Positions 47,809 through 57,983 of a stretch of DNA of 64,000 nt are shown here, piece after piece. Where the stretch lies: positions 45,308-109,307 of the forward strand of contig CAVYBC010000002.1 in the NCBI GenBank assembly GCA_963766615.1, in the 5' to 3' direction. Below the pieces are notes generated by a model. That model ran no database searches. It had not been told where the DNA came from and saw only the letters and a program-made list of their open reading frames with translations. The position numbers and the translations under genes are program-made. The DNA is from Terriglobia bacterium. Its GTDB lineage: Bacteria; Acidobacteriota; Terriglobia; Bryobacterales; Bryobacteraceae. Numbering within the stretch: position 1 is the first letter of the stretch; every line of letters begins with the position of its first letter.

Positions 47809-48861
47809 TTATTGATTTACGACCTTGGGGCCATCATCCAGCCCGTAGATAACCGGTTTGGTCTGCTTGGGGACGCTTGTGTCGCGCACGGGAAGATATT
47901 TTGCAGCGGCCACCAAAGTCGACAATTGCTTGCCCACAGCGCTGGCGGCGATCTGTCCAAACCGCTGTTGCAGTTCATTGGCTTCCATCGACATTCTGTA
48001 GTGAGCCGTGGTGCCTTCGAGCGAGATCGGGCCGATGGCGGTTTGAAGGTTCTTCATCGTGACGGGGGCCGGAGGTCCGTTGAATTCGAACGCCAGGTCG
48101 CTGATCAAGCGATCGCGAATGGAGACGGTCAGCATGAATCGCTTTAGTCCTGTACTCGCTGTTTGCGGTCCTGCCAGGGCGGGCGAGCCGATCATCCAGA
48201 ATTCACACGACGCCTGTCGCTCCTCAGCAAGGCGAGTCACGTCTGTCGGCCACGCCGGTGTAGCCATACGCCGCACCGATGCGTCGACGGCATCTGCATG
48301 ACCCAGCAGCATAGCGTTGCCCGAAATCGGCACCGCTTTCATTCCGGACTCCGGAGCAGGAATCGCTGCGTTGGCCACTTGGCCGGTGACCATCACCACA
48401 ACGCGATTGCCGCGTACAGATACGGCCACCTGATCCACATCGGAGAGCCCATCGAAAATCTTCTGCAGGTCGTCTGCATTCAGCCCTTGCTGGGCTCCGA
48501 GCTGAGCGATCATGTTGCGGGCCAGAGGCGAGGCGGAAAGAGTGCTGAAATTCAATCCGATCAGCGCATCCGGAAACGGATCCGCGAAGCGCCAGTCGAT
48601 CGCGCCGACAGAGATTATGGCCGGTGCCGCCGATGTCCCGCTAGGGACGCGGCTTCGCTGCGTGTTGTTGGGCGAAAACGTATTTGTCACCACGCTTTTG
48701 GATTTTTGCTCGGTTGGAGGCTGGGGCTTAATCGCGAAGTCGTGGCCGGGGCAATAGGGAGCTCCGGGATTTTTGAAGCAGGCATCCTGCCAGCTGAACT
48801 TCGACTGACCCCAGGAACTCGCGGCACAAACGAGACCGGCGGCAAGGATACAAGTCTTCAT
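47809..48861 (-). CDS. hypothetical exported protein
   Basis: 350-aa ORF with signal peptide MKTCILAAGLVCAASSWGQ. I recognise no family. Confidence 0.5.
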   Translation of the reverse strand: MKTCILAAGLVCAASSWGQSKFSWQDACFKNPGAPYCPGHDFAIKPQPPTEQKSKSVVTNTFSPNNTQRSRVPSGTSAAPAIISVGAIDWRFADPFPDALIGLNFSTLSASPLARNMIAQLGAQQGLNADDLQKIFDGLSDVDQVAVSVRGNRVVVMVTGQVANAAIPAPESGMKAVPISGNAMLLGHADAVDASVRRMATPAWPTDVTRLAEERQASCEFWMIGSPALAGPQTASTGLKRFMLTVSIRDRLISDLAFEFNGPPAPVTMKNLQTAIGPISLEGTTAHYRMSMEANELQQRFGQIAASAVGKQLSTLVAAAKYLPVRDTSVPKQTKPVIYGLDDGPKVVNQ

Positions 48862-48956
48862 AATGTCGATTCTGAGGTTGAAAAACGCGGGTTGGAATCA
48901 GGCATAAACCTGAGCCGCTGAGGGAAATTGGTACCACTTCGGTAAGCGTTCGTGTC

Positions 48957-48987
48957 TTGACAACTATACTGTTAGTGAGTATAGTTG
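48957..48987 (+). promoter_or_regulatory. promoter with overlapping operator for the PadR-permease operon
   Basis: TTGACA (48957-62), N17, then TATAGT (48980-85). The perfect 9-bp inverted repeat CAACTATAC-N9-GTATAGTTG (48961-48987) spans both hexamers. Confidence 0.6.
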
Positions 48988-49005
48988 CATAGAGTATACT
49001 TACCC

Positions 49006-49368
49006 ATGGCTGATTCTAAACCGCCTGATCCGGATTCCCTGCTCCCGCTTCCAACCGCCGTCTTCCACATCCTGATCGCCCTGGCCGATCGCGACCGCCA
49101 CGGCTACTCCATCATGCAGGACGTCTCCACCAGGACCGGTGGCAAGACCCAGTTGAGCGCCGGGACCCTGTACAGCTCCATCCGGCGCATGCTGGAACAA
49201 GGGTTGATCGAAGAACTGGCCGACAGTCCCGACCCTTCCAGCAGCGATGAGCGGAGACGCTATTACCGGCTTTCCCGGTTCGGCAAACGAGTGGCCGCCG
49301 CCGAAGTGGAACGCCTGAATATGCTGGTTCGCCAGGCTCGCGCGACGGGGCTGGTGACAGGAGCATAG
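49006..49368 (+). CDS. PadR-family transcriptional regulator
   Basis: The segment VFHILIALADRDRHGYSIMQDV...LSAGTLYSSIRRMLEQGLIE is a PadR wHTH. Confidence 0.85.
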   Translation: MADSKPPDPDSLLPLPTAVFHILIALADRDRHGYSIMQDVSTRTGGKTQLSAGTLYSSIRRMLEQGLIEELADSPDPSSSDERRRYYRLSRFGKRVAAAEVERLNMLVRQARATGLVTGA

Positions 49369-49370
49369 AG

Positions 49371-52094
49371 ATGCGCGCCAAGGCCGTGTACAGGGCTCTG
49401 TTGTACTTCTACCCGGCAGCGTTCCGGCACGAGTATGGCGACCAGATGCTTTACATGTTTGCCGAACAACTGGACGACGCGCGTCAAAGCGGAGGCCAGC
49501 TTACTCAAGCGAGGCTGTGGCTGCGAGCCGCTCTGGACGCATTCATCATTGCTCCCCAGGAACATTGGCATGTGATTGCTCAGGATTTGAACTACGCTCT
49601 GCGTACCATGGCGGCGAGTCTGAGATTTACCGTTTTCGCTGTGCTGTCGCTGGCTCTGGGCATTGGGGCCAACATCGCAATTTTCGGCTTGTGGAATGGC
49701 GTGCTGCACGCGCCCCTCCCAGGTGTTCAGAAGCCCGAGCAACTGGTGATGCTCTCCGATCCCGACACTCCGGGGATGTGGACGGGCCGATGGATTAGCC
49801 GCACTGACGGACCCCGGCAACGGCTCACGTACTCTGAGTTCGAGCAATTGCAAGACAACGCTTCAGCCTTCTCGGCACTGATGGCTTCGGAAAGCAATTT
49901 CGATACGTGGAGGGGAAGGTACGGAAACGGAGAGTGGGAGCAGGTCAAGGGGCGTGTGGTATCGGGAGAGTATTTTCAGGTTCTGGGGGTGACGCCGGTT
50001 ATTGGCCACGCATTTACCGTAGCCGACGATCAGGGCGACGCGCCTTATGCGGTGCTTAGCTACAGCTACTGGCAGAGCCGGTTCGGCGGCCGTCCGGAGG
50101 TGCTTGGCCAGACGCTGACGATACGAACGAAGATGCTGACCATCATAGGCGTCGCGCCGCAAGGGTTTTTCGGGGAGACAAGTGGCCAGCAGCCGGACCT
50201 GTGGATCCCTCTCCGCATGCAACCATCGCTGAATCCGGGCCGCGACTGGCTCTCCGACCAGGGCCCAGGGAAGACAATGTGGCTGAACGTCTTCGGAAGA
50301 CTCAAGCCCGGGCTGACGCAGGCCCAGGCAGAGGCTCAGGCGAATGCTCTCTTCCAGGCGGGCCTCGAGACGTTCTACGGGAACAATCTTTCCCCGGAAA
50401 GACGAAGGGACTTTCTGGACCAGTACCTCCGAATCCGTTCGGCTGCGCGCGGAGCGTCGGATGTGCGCACTCAATTCGCGGCTTCGCTCACCACAATGCT
50501 GGCCGCGGTGGGTGTGCTGTTACTGATTGCTTGCGCAAATCTCGCGAATCTTCTACTTGCGCGTGGCGCTGCCCGCAGACCGGAGATGGCTTTAAGGCTG
50601 TCGCTGGGAGCGAGTCACGGCCGGCTCATCCGCCAGATGATGACCGAGAGCCTGACGCTTGCCGTCCTGGGCGGCTTGGCTGGTCTTGTTGCGGCGGTCT
50701 TTCTTCACGCCGCGCTGGTACGGCTGATGGGTGGGTACGATCCGGAATTCCACATGAATTTCTCGCTGGACCCTTTGGTTCTGGCCTTCGCGCTCGCATC
50801 CACGCTCGCTTCCACGTTGTTGTTCGGCCTTCTGCCGGCATGGCAGGCCACGAAAATGGATGCCGGAGAGAGCCTGAAAGATTTGGCCCGCAACACCACT
50901 TCTTCCCGCGGCCGGATGCGTTGGGGCCGGTTCCTAGTCAGCATGCAACTGGCGCTTTCCCTGCCTCTGTTGGTGGGAGCGGGATTGCTGACTCGAACAG
51001 CTTACAATCTCCAGCGGGTGGAACTTGGTTATCCCGCCGGGCATCTCCTGCTGGTGCGGATCGATTCTCGAGAAGGAGGTTATGACGCGCTACGCCGCCA
51101 ACGCTTGTTTGAAGAACTGCTGGGCGAGTTCCAGCGGAATCCCGCGATACAAGCGGCGAGCTTTTCACTTCTCGGAGTATTTAGCGGAGGAAATTCCGCA
51201 CTGGAAGTCCAGGTGGAAGGATACGCTGCGAAAAGCGACAATGACCGTGGCTCCGCGGTCGATACTGTAGGCCCCGGCTACTTCTCGACCTTGGGAGTTC
51301 CCGTGGTGCTGGGCCGCGAGATCCTGGAGAGCGATCACGCCGGCTCTCCAAGGGTCTGCGTGATTAACGAGGCTTTCGCCCAACAGTTCTTCCAAGGCCG
51401 AAATCCCATCGGAATGCATATTACGGCGACTGACGAGGGCGGGAAAACGACTTGCCAGGTGGTGGGCGTCGCCAAAGATGCGCGCACCCAACATTTGCGG
51501 GGGAAGATTGAGCCCCGTTTCTACGTGCCGGCCATGCAGCCTCCTTCAAATATCATCTACCCGATCTTCTTGATCCGGCCGGCTACGGCGTCCGCTCCCG
51601 CGCTCGCGGCTGTGCGCGACTCGATTCAGCGCGCGGGCACTTCGATCCCAATTGTTAAGTCCGCTACCATCGAAGAGCAACTGGCCCCGCTAACAGCTCA
51701 GGACCGCGCTATCGCGCAACTCGCAGCGGCGTTCGGAGCGGTGGCGATCGCGCTGGCCGCGGTTGGGTTGTATGGCGTGCTGTCATACGGCATCGCCAGG
51801 CGCCGGAGCGAAATCGCGATCCGCATCGCGCTTGGCGCGCGGCCGCGTGCGGTGACCGCGATGATTCTACGCGAAACGTCGGGCGTCATTCTGACGGGCC
51901 TGGCGCTGGGAGCAGGCCTAGCCTTTGCGGCATCGCGCTGGATCACGAGCCAGCTCTATGGAGTGGCTCCGCAGGACCCGCTGACATTAATGCTCTCAGC
52001 GGCCATGCTGGTCGCCGTGGCCATGGGCGCAACTTATCTGCCGGCGCTGCAAGCTTCGCGGCTGGACCCTATGGCGGCCCTTCGCAGAGAGTAA
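49371..52094 (+). CDS. ADOP-type duplicated MacB/FtsX permease
   Basis: 907 aa with two MacB-periplasmic plus FtsX halves. The N-terminal YPAAFRHEYGDQM motif and the PadR partner are typical of acidobacterial duplicated orphan permeases. Confidence 0.85.
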   Translation: MRAKAVYRALLYFYPAAFRHEYGDQMLYMFAEQLDDARQSGGQLTQARLWLRAALDAFIIAPQEHWHVIAQDLNYALRTMAASLRFTVFAVLSLALGIGANIAIFGLWNGVLHAPLPGVQKPEQLVMLSDPDTPGMWTGRWISRTDGPRQRLTYSEFEQLQDNASAFSALMASESNFDTWRGRYGNGEWEQVKGRVVSGEYFQVLGVTPVIGHAFTVADDQGDAPYAVLSYSYWQSRFGGRPEVLGQTLTIRTKMLTIIGVAPQGFFGETSGQQPDLWIPLRMQPSLNPGRDWLSDQGPGKTMWLNVFGRLKPGLTQAQAEAQANALFQAGLETFYGNNLSPERRRDFLDQYLRIRSAARGASDVRTQFAASLTTMLAAVGVLLLIACANLANLLLARGAARRPEMALRLSLGASHGRLIRQMMTESLTLAVLGGLAGLVAAVFLHAALVRLMGGYDPEFHMNFSLDPLVLAFALASTLASTLLFGLLPAWQATKMDAGESLKDLARNTTSSRGRMRWGRFLVSMQLALSLPLLVGAGLLTRTAYNLQRVELGYPAGHLLLVRIDSREGGYDALRRQRLFEELLGEFQRNPAIQAASFSLLGVFSGGNSALEVQVEGYAAKSDNDRGSAVDTVGPGYFSTLGVPVVLGREILESDHAGSPRVCVINEAFAQQFFQGRNPIGMHITATDEGGKTTCQVVGVAKDARTQHLRGKIEPRFYVPAMQPPSNIIYPIFLIRPATASAPALAAVRDSIQRAGTSIPIVKSATIEEQLAPLTAQDRAIAQLAAAFGAVAIALAAVGLYGVLSYGIARRRSEIAIRIALGARPRAVTAMILRETSGVILTGLALGAGLAFAASRWITSQLYGVAPQDPLTLMLSAAMLVAVAMGATYLPALQASRLDPMAALRRE

Positions 52095-52124
52095 TCGGGG
52101 ATAGAATTGGAGGGGATTCCTCTC

Positions 52125-53189
52125 ATGAAAATTCTGCCCATCGCCCTGCTCTTCGCAGCGAGAACGCTCGTGATGGGTCAATGGCTCGACTATCCCACGC
52201 CTTCCATCCCGCGAACCGCCGACGGTAAGCCCAACTTCGCGGCCCCAGCGCCCCGCACGTCCGACGGCAAGCCGGATCTCTCCGGGCTGTGGAACATGAA
52301 TGCGGGGCCGGGGCATCTGGCTAACGTTACTGCCGATCTCAAACCCGGTGAAATTCGGCCGTGGGCGGAGGCGCTCTACAAGCAACGCCTGGGCGACCTG
52401 GGTAAAGACGATCCCTGGACTGCAAAGTGTCTTCCCGCCGGTCCTCGCGTGATTCTCACGGGAGCCAACGGTCCGTCTCAAATCACACAGACTCCTCAAC
52501 TGATCGTGATTTTATACGAGGACCTCACCTATCGCCAGATCTTCATGGACGGCCGCGAATTGCCGCGCGATCCGAATCCGAGCTGGATGGGATACTCGGT
52601 TGGCCGTTGGGACGGCGACTCGCTGGTGGTGGAGAGCACGGGCTTCAATGAACGGAGCTGGCTGGATATGGGCGGCCATCCTCATACCGAATCGCTGCGC
52701 ATCACGGAGCGGTTCCGACGCACTAGCTTCGGCCACATGGACCTCCAGGTGACCTTCGACGACCCGAAAGCCTATACGAGGCCCTGGACCATCTCCTTTG
52801 GAGTGAACTTCGCCGCCGACACAAGCATGCTGGAATATGTTTGCGCCGAAAACGAGAAGGATCGCGAGCATCTGATAGGCAGAACGGCGGAGGAGAAGGG
52901 CGTCACGGTCTCGCCTGAAATCCTCGCGAAGTATGTGGGTATTTATGAAACGGTAGCAACCACAGGGTCGGCGATGTCGGCACGGATGTTTCGCGTCACG
53001 CTCGCGGACGGGCAATTGATGATCGAAATCGGCGGCAATGGCAAAATTCCTTTGATCCCGTTGAGCGAAACCACTTTCTCGCCCCGCCTGCTGGGCACCT
53101 ATGAGTTCGTCAAGGACAGCCGCGGCGTGGTGACGCACATGATAGCTTACGCAACCGAGGGCGAAGTAAAAGCGGCCCGAAAAGATTAA
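52125..53189 (+). CDS. exported protein of the uncharacterised family (paralog 4) with an extra C-terminal domain
   Basis: Blocks DLSGLW, AKCLPAGPR, WMGYSVGRWDGDSLVVEST and EYVCAENE, plus a C-terminal extension of about 90 aa (LAKYVGIYE...LIPLSETTFSP...). Confidence 0.7.
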   Translation: MKILPIALLFAARTLVMGQWLDYPTPSIPRTADGKPNFAAPAPRTSDGKPDLSGLWNMNAGPGHLANVTADLKPGEIRPWAEALYKQRLGDLGKDDPWTAKCLPAGPRVILTGANGPSQITQTPQLIVILYEDLTYRQIFMDGRELPRDPNPSWMGYSVGRWDGDSLVVESTGFNERSWLDMGGHPHTESLRITERFRRTSFGHMDLQVTFDDPKAYTRPWTISFGVNFAADTSMLEYVCAENEKDREHLIGRTAEEKGVTVSPEILAKYVGIYETVATTGSAMSARMFRVTLADGQLMIEIGGNGKIPLIPLSETTFSPRLLGTYEFVKDSRGVVTHMIAYATEGEVKAARKD

Positions 53190-53297
53190 TTTTCCTATCT
53201 GAAGCCGTTGGAACCTGAGGCAACGTTACAGCATCTTTTTAACTGAGACCAGAAAAAAGGGGCCGGCTGAAGGCCTCGATTTGAAAGAGAGACATAC

Positions 53298-53507
53298 GTG
53301 AAAAAGATACTTGGAATTTCCTTACTGACGGCGGCAGGGTTAATGGCTCAAGCGACTGCTCCAGCCACTCCTCCAGCGACTTCCACCACTCCGGCTCCGT
53401 CAACGAAGGCGCATACCGGCAAGAAACATCATCACAACAAGAAATCGACCGGTACCAATCCGGCGCCCGCGGCCTCAACGGCTCCGGCACCGGCGGCTGG
53501 AAAGTAA
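53298..53507 (+). CDS. small exported Pro/Thr/Ala-rich peptide with a His/Lys cluster
   Basis: 69 aa with a GTG start, signal peptide MKKILGISLLTAAGLMAQA, and HTGKKHHHNKK. A strong terminator follows. Confidence 0.45.
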   Translation: MKKILGISLLTAAGLMAQATAPATPPATSTTPAPSTKAHTGKKHHHNKKSTGTNPAPAASTAPAPAAGK

Positions 53508-53533
53508 TTGGCGAATCGCATTGACGCTTCATG

Positions 53534-53574
53534 AAAGGGCAGTGGGCTGAAAAGCTCGCTGCCCTTTTTGTGTT
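53534..53574. terminator. rho-independent terminator shared by convergent genes
   Basis: AAAGGGCAGTGGGC-TGAAAA-GCTCGCTGCCCTTT followed by TTGTGTTTT on the plus strand. Confidence 0.7.
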
Positions 53575-54048
53575 TTATAGGGGCGAGAAGGCGATCGCCC
53601 CAGCTGCAGTGGCGGCCCGCCGGGCGGAATCGATTTGCCCGAGGTGATAGTTGAAGTGTCCTAAGAGGTGCAGCAGGAAGTGTCCCTTTGAAAGGGGCGC
53701 TCCCAATACGTCCTGAGGATAGCGAGCATCTGCATCCAGGATCGTGGCAATGATGGGTGGAATTTCTAGGATCAGTTGACTGACGCGATGCGAGAGATCC
53801 GCTTTGCTCAATCCCTTGCTGGAAAATTCCTCGGGGCGGTTGCGCTTGTAATTGGCCGAGCCCAATTGCCTGGCGATGTATTCCCGCAGATTGCCTTCCA
53901 GGTGCAGCACCAGGTTGCCCGGCGAGTTGTTCATGCCGTTGGCGACCTGCCAAAGAGAGTGGTCGTCGGGGAAGCCTTCAACTTCCTGCAGCAGACGGTT
54001 GAGGTCGCGATGAAACATTGCGGCGAGGGAGGGACCGAAGCTTTGCAT
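53575..54048 (-). CDS. DinB-superfamily protein
   Basis: 157 aa with the four-helix DinB_2-like pattern (N.PGNLVLHLEGNL, HFNYHLGQI). Confidence 0.7.
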   Translation of the reverse strand: MQSFGPSLAAMFHRDLNRLLQEVEGFPDDHSLWQVANGMNNSPGNLVLHLEGNLREYIARQLGSANYKRNRPEEFSSKGLSKADLSHRVSQLILEIPPIIATILDADARYPQDVLGAPLSKGHFLLHLLGHFNYHLGQIDSARRAATAAGAIAFSPL

Positions 54049-54091
54049 TCCTTTCTTAAAGTAGCAAGCTTGTAAGAACCGCTAGGTGCCG

Positions 54092-55423
54092 TTAGTCGAT
54101 GAGTTTTTCGGGCGGCTCAGGCAGGAAAAACGTCAGGATCAGCGACAACGCCACAGCAGTGGTGCCGACTACCGCCGCCGCTGAGGCCAGTTTGGCCCCA
54201 GGCAAAACGCCCGGCATGACCGCTGAGAGGTGCGTGGTGACGAACGCCATGGATGTGCCCAACATGCGGCCGCCGACGTTGACCGCGAAACCTTCGCCCG
54301 TGCCGCGCAAGTGTACCGGATACACTCGCGGCAGGTAATTTCCCCAGAACGTTAGTTGTGCCACCGTAAAGAATCCCGCGACGGCGATGGTCCAACGAAA
54401 GATCTGCAGACTCTCGGATGCGGTGAACAGATAAATCAGCGGCATCAGAATCACGGCGGGCACTAGAAAGATGCGCAGCAGCTTGCGGCGGCTCACGATC
54501 ACCAGTGCGAGCCCCGCCATCGCGATACGGCCCGCCAGCCCGCCCAATTCCTGAGTGCCTTGGATGCCGGAGACCGCCTGCCCGCGCAGAGCCGGAGCCA
54601 TGCTGAGCACTTCGGGAATTCCGGCGGCGATTTGCGGAGCTTGTTGAAGAGCCCCGAACGTGCATCCGTACGCGCACGCCAACATGAGCGCCGTGACGAT
54701 CGACGTCAATCGAAAGCGGGGCGTGAAAATCTCCGCCAAGCTTGGGCGCTTCAGCGTTCCGAGCTTCCGCTTTTCCTCCCATTGTGGCGACTCAGGCAGA
54801 AATGGCCTGATCAGGATCAGCGGCAGCGCTGGGATCATGCCCGAGATCAGCAAGTATCGCCACGCCGAGTGTCCGCCAGCGATCGCGGGAAACGAGGGGC
54901 CATAACGATTGGCGATGTAAAAAATTTCGGCAGAAAGCACTCCTCCGAGTGAAGAGAACGCCTGGGTGTAGCCGATGATGGCTTCCCTCTGTTTCGGCTC
55001 GGTGAAAATTTCCGCGAGCCACGCCACTGCGGCGACGAACTCCACACAGGACCCCGCGAAGGCCGCCGTGCGGAATACCAACAGCGTGGTCAGACTGGTC
55101 GCTGCTCCTGCGGCGAACGCGGCAATACTGTAGACGATGATGCTCCATGTAAGTACGCGCCGGCGCCCGAACCGGTCGGCCAGATAGCCTCCGCAGAAGC
55201 CGAAAAATCCACCCACCAGCGGCGGAACCCAAAAGAGAATGCCCGCCCAATCCCGATACTCGGACGTGCCGGGTCTCAGATTTGCTAATTCCAGCAGCGC
55301 GGGCTGCAGGATAAGAGGACCCACCAGGATTTCGTAGATGTCGAACAGGAACCCTATGGAGGCGATGACGACTACTGTGTAGCGGACTAACTTCGAAAGA
55401 GGCTGGGACGGGGCCGGGGACAT
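54092..55423 (-). CDS. MFS transporter
   Basis: 443 aa and about 12 TM. The motif GYLADRFGRRRVL lies in loop 2-3. Confidence 0.85.
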   Translation of the reverse strand: MSPAPSQPLSKLVRYTVVVIASIGFLFDIYEILVGPLILQPALLELANLRPGTSEYRDWAGILFWVPPLVGGFFGFCGGYLADRFGRRRVLTWSIIVYSIAAFAAGAATSLTTLLVFRTAAFAGSCVEFVAAVAWLAEIFTEPKQREAIIGYTQAFSSLGGVLSAEIFYIANRYGPSFPAIAGGHSAWRYLLISGMIPALPLILIRPFLPESPQWEEKRKLGTLKRPSLAEIFTPRFRLTSIVTALMLACAYGCTFGALQQAPQIAAGIPEVLSMAPALRGQAVSGIQGTQELGGLAGRIAMAGLALVIVSRRKLLRIFLVPAVILMPLIYLFTASESLQIFRWTIAVAGFFTVAQLTFWGNYLPRVYPVHLRGTGEGFAVNVGGRMLGTSMAFVTTHLSAVMPGVLPGAKLASAAAVVGTTAVALSLILTFFLPEPPEKLID

Positions 55424-55454
55424 GAACGTTTCAAGGTAGCACGTATACGCAAGA

Positions 55455-56066
55455 CTACGTAGTCACTTCAAACACCGCAGTCTGCGCGAACAGATTCGGA
55501 AACGACTTCACCTGCCTGGTGCCTGCCAGAAAGATTCGACGAGTGATGCGCCAATTCTGCTTCTCGACCAAGGATTCGAAATCCAGCACAGTCAGGAAAT
55601 GGATGTTCGGCGAATCGTACCAGTCGTAGGGGAACAGTCCGGTCCTCGGCGCGCGTCCGCTCAGTAGCCACGACAACCGCACCGAGTAGTGGCCGAAATT
55701 AGGGAACGCTACGATGGCATGCTTGCCCACGCGCAGCATTCGCTCCAGCACGCGTAAAGGATAGCGGGTTTCCTGCAGCGTTTGGGACAGGATTACGTAG
55801 TCGAAAACCTGGTCGGGGTAGTCATCGACCGCGGTTTCCAGGTCGCCCTGGTACACCGAGACTCCACGGGCGATTGCCTTCTGGACCTTGGCGCCCGAGC
55901 GCTCCACACCGCGTGCCTCAACGTTCTTGTGCTCCTTCAGCCATGCCAGCAGTTCGCCGCCTCCGCAGCCCAAGTCAAGCACGCGCGTGCCGGGCTGAAT
56001 CAATTCGCCGATGATGGCGTAATCGTGGCGGCCGTAGACTTCATGTAGTTGGGAGAGCTCAGGCAC
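55455..56066 (-). CDS. metW: methionine biosynthesis protein MetW
   Basis: [15 protein letters not shown]...YVILSQTLQ... pattern. It overlaps the end of metX by 8 nt. Confidence 0.85.
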   Translation of the reverse strand: MPELSQLHEVYGRHDYAIIGELIQPGTRVLDLGCGGGELLAWLKEHKNVEARGVERSGAKVQKAIARGVSVYQGDLETAVDDYPDQVFDYVILSQTLQETRYPLRVLERMLRVGKHAIVAFPNFGHYSVRLSWLLSGRAPRTGLFPYDWYDSPNIHFLTVLDFESLVEKQNWRITRRIFLAGTRQVKSFPNLFAQTAVFEVTT

Positions 56067-57159
56067 GCCGCTGAGCCTTGGCCTTCGTCAAAGACTTGAT
56101 GGTGCTGGAGAGGAATCCACGAACCAGCTCAGTCTGTTCGGCTACCTCCACCAGAAACGCGTCATGGCCGTAGCGCGATTCCAGATTGCAGTAAGCCACG
56201 TCGCAGTTGCGGCTGCGAAGCGCGCTGACGATTTCCAGCGATTGATAGGACGGGTAGAGCCAGTCCGACGTAAAGCTGACTACCAGAAACCGCGTGCCGC
56301 CCCGATCGAACAAGCCTGAGAGGGCACCACGCTGCGTGAGATCGAAATCGTCCATGGCGCGCGTGATGTAGATATAAGAATTTGCGTCGAATCGGTCGAC
56401 GAATTTCGAACCTCTGTAAGTGAGATAGCTCTCCACTTCGAATTGGTCTGGCGTGCGCAAGCGTCGGCCGAATTTCTCGCGCATGCTCTCATCGCTCATG
56501 TAAGTGATGTGGCCGACCATGCGAGCTACTGATAGCCCGCGTCCCGGAGCGCGGGCGCCGTAGTAGTCGCCGTGATTCCAGTCCGGATCGGCCATAATGG
56601 CCTGGCGACCCACTTCATTGAAAGCGATCTGCTGCGCGCTATGACGAGTCGTCGTAGCGATCGGAATCGCCGCGGCGACCGATTCCGGATAGGCCACAGC
56701 CCACTCCAGAGCCTGCATCCCACCCATGGAACCACCTGCAACACAAAGCAGTTTCTCGATTCCCAGCGAATCGATCAGCATCTTCTGCAGGCGAACAATA
56801 TCTGTGACAGAAATCGACGGAAACGTCATGCCCCAGGGCCGGCCTGTCTCCGGGTTGATCGACCCGGGACCCGTCGTCCCCCGGCACCCGCCCAGAATGT
56901 TGGAGCAAATGACGAAGTATTGATCGGTATCAAACGCCTTGCCGGGCCCGATCATGCTGTCCCACCAGCCGCCCTCACCGGCCGCGTGCGCGTCGCCTGA
57001 AAATGCATGCAAAGCAAGAATGGCGTTGGTGCGGGTGGCGTTCAGAGTCCCGTAGGTCTCGTAGGCGACCTCCACGTTCTGAAGCGACACCCCAGCTTCT
57101 AGGTCCAGCTTTTCAAACTGGGCAGTCGCGGCCGCGGTGATCATCTCCTGGGTCGGCAT
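56059..57159 (-). CDS. metX: homoserine O-acetyltransferase
   Basis: 366 aa with an alpha/beta-hydrolase nucleophile elbow [12 protein letters not shown], and [14 protein letters not shown] at the N-terminus. Confidence 0.9.
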   Translation of the reverse strand: MPTQEMITAAATAQFEKLDLEAGVSLQNVEVAYETYGTLNATRTNAILALHAFSGDAHAAGEGGWWDSMIGPGKAFDTDQYFVICSNILGGCRGTTGPGSINPETGRPWGMTFPSISVTDIVRLQKMLIDSLGIEKLLCVAGGSMGGMQALEWAVAYPESVAAAIPIATTTRHSAQQIAFNEVGRQAIMADPDWNHGDYYGARAPGRGLSVARMVGHITYMSDESMREKFGRRLRTPDQFEVESYLTYRGSKFVDRFDANSYIYITRAMDDFDLTQRGALSGLFDRGGTRFLVVSFTSDWLYPSYQSLEIVSALRSRNCDVAYCNLESRYGHDAFLVEVAEQTELVRGFLSSTIKSLTKAKAQRRA

Positions 57160-57200
57160 GGATAGAGTTAACTCTTAGTTTAGCTTGCCGGTTTTACCGG

Positions 57201-57581
57201 TCAGACATCCACCACTTGCAGTTGCGGATCGATTCGCCTTAGATCACCGGCGTCGCTGGTGATGACGGCCTGCGCGGCTCGCCGTGCGCACACCACGACA
57301 TGTGCGTCGGCGATGTCCGAAGTTCCCGTTCGCCGCAACAGCAGACCGACCGCCGTGGCGTCGGGACCATCCAGCGCAACCAGGTCCGTTTGGGACTGCC
57401 GGATCAACCGCGACAAGCGAGCCTGCTTAGAGGGGTTGCGAATTGCCTGCGCCAGCGCTGTAGCGGGAATGGTGATGCGCGCGCCCAACTCGACTGCGCG
57501 GGCCACAAGAGCGATAACACGCCGATCGTCGCGATCCAGGGCGATTAGGCCCCCGGCGTCGAAGGTAACTCCGCTGCTCAT
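57201..57581 (-). CDS. PIN-domain toxin (VapC-like)
   Basis: 126 aa. Starts FDAGGLIALDR and ends with a TSD acidic residue. An ATGA overlap links it to the upstream small gene. Confidence 0.65.
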   Translation of the reverse strand: MSSGVTFDAGGLIALDRDDRRVIALVARAVELGARITIPATALAQAIRNPSKQARLSRLIRQSQTDLVALDGPDATAVGLLLRRTGTSDIADAHVVVCARRAAQAVITSDAGDLRRIDPQLQVVDV

Positions 57582-57844
57582 GCTGCTTGTCGCCCGCCCT
57601 TCTTCTTGCCCGCGACGAGGATTTTGTCGGCCCACGCCCGTTCGCCCTTGGTTAACTGTCCGCCAGTCTGCCGAAGCGCATCGGTGAGCATTTCGCGCCA
57701 GCCCGCGGCATCTGAAATGGCAATTCCAACGGCATGCTTGACGAAGGCCGAAATACTGGGGGAACCTCCGGTGGCCACGATGGCGCGAATCTCATCCAGT
57801 TGCGCGTCGGGCAGCGTAATAGTGATCTTCGTGGTAGTCGCCAT
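57578..57844 (-). CDS. ribbon-helix-helix type II antitoxin (VapB-like)
   Basis: 88 aa. MATTTKITITLPDAQLDEIRAIV is an RHH N-terminus. Confidence 0.6.
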   Translation of the reverse strand: MATTTKITITLPDAQLDEIRAIVATGGSPSISAFVKHAVGIAISDAAGWREMLTDALRQTGGQLTKGERAWADKILVAGKKKGGRQAA

Positions 57845-57983
57845 ACCAAAAACAATACCACACGCGTATCGTAGCCACCCCTGCCGGCCAAGTGTGAACA
57901 TTGCATGACTGCAAATTATCCTGCACCCATGCCGCGGCGTGTGTTTCAATAGGAATTACCCCCAGTTCTGGAGGCCGATCCGA

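Noticed and set aside
57160-57200. SAM riboswitch upstream of metX
   Set aside because: The gap to the upstream gene is only 41 nt, too short for any SAM riboswitch class.
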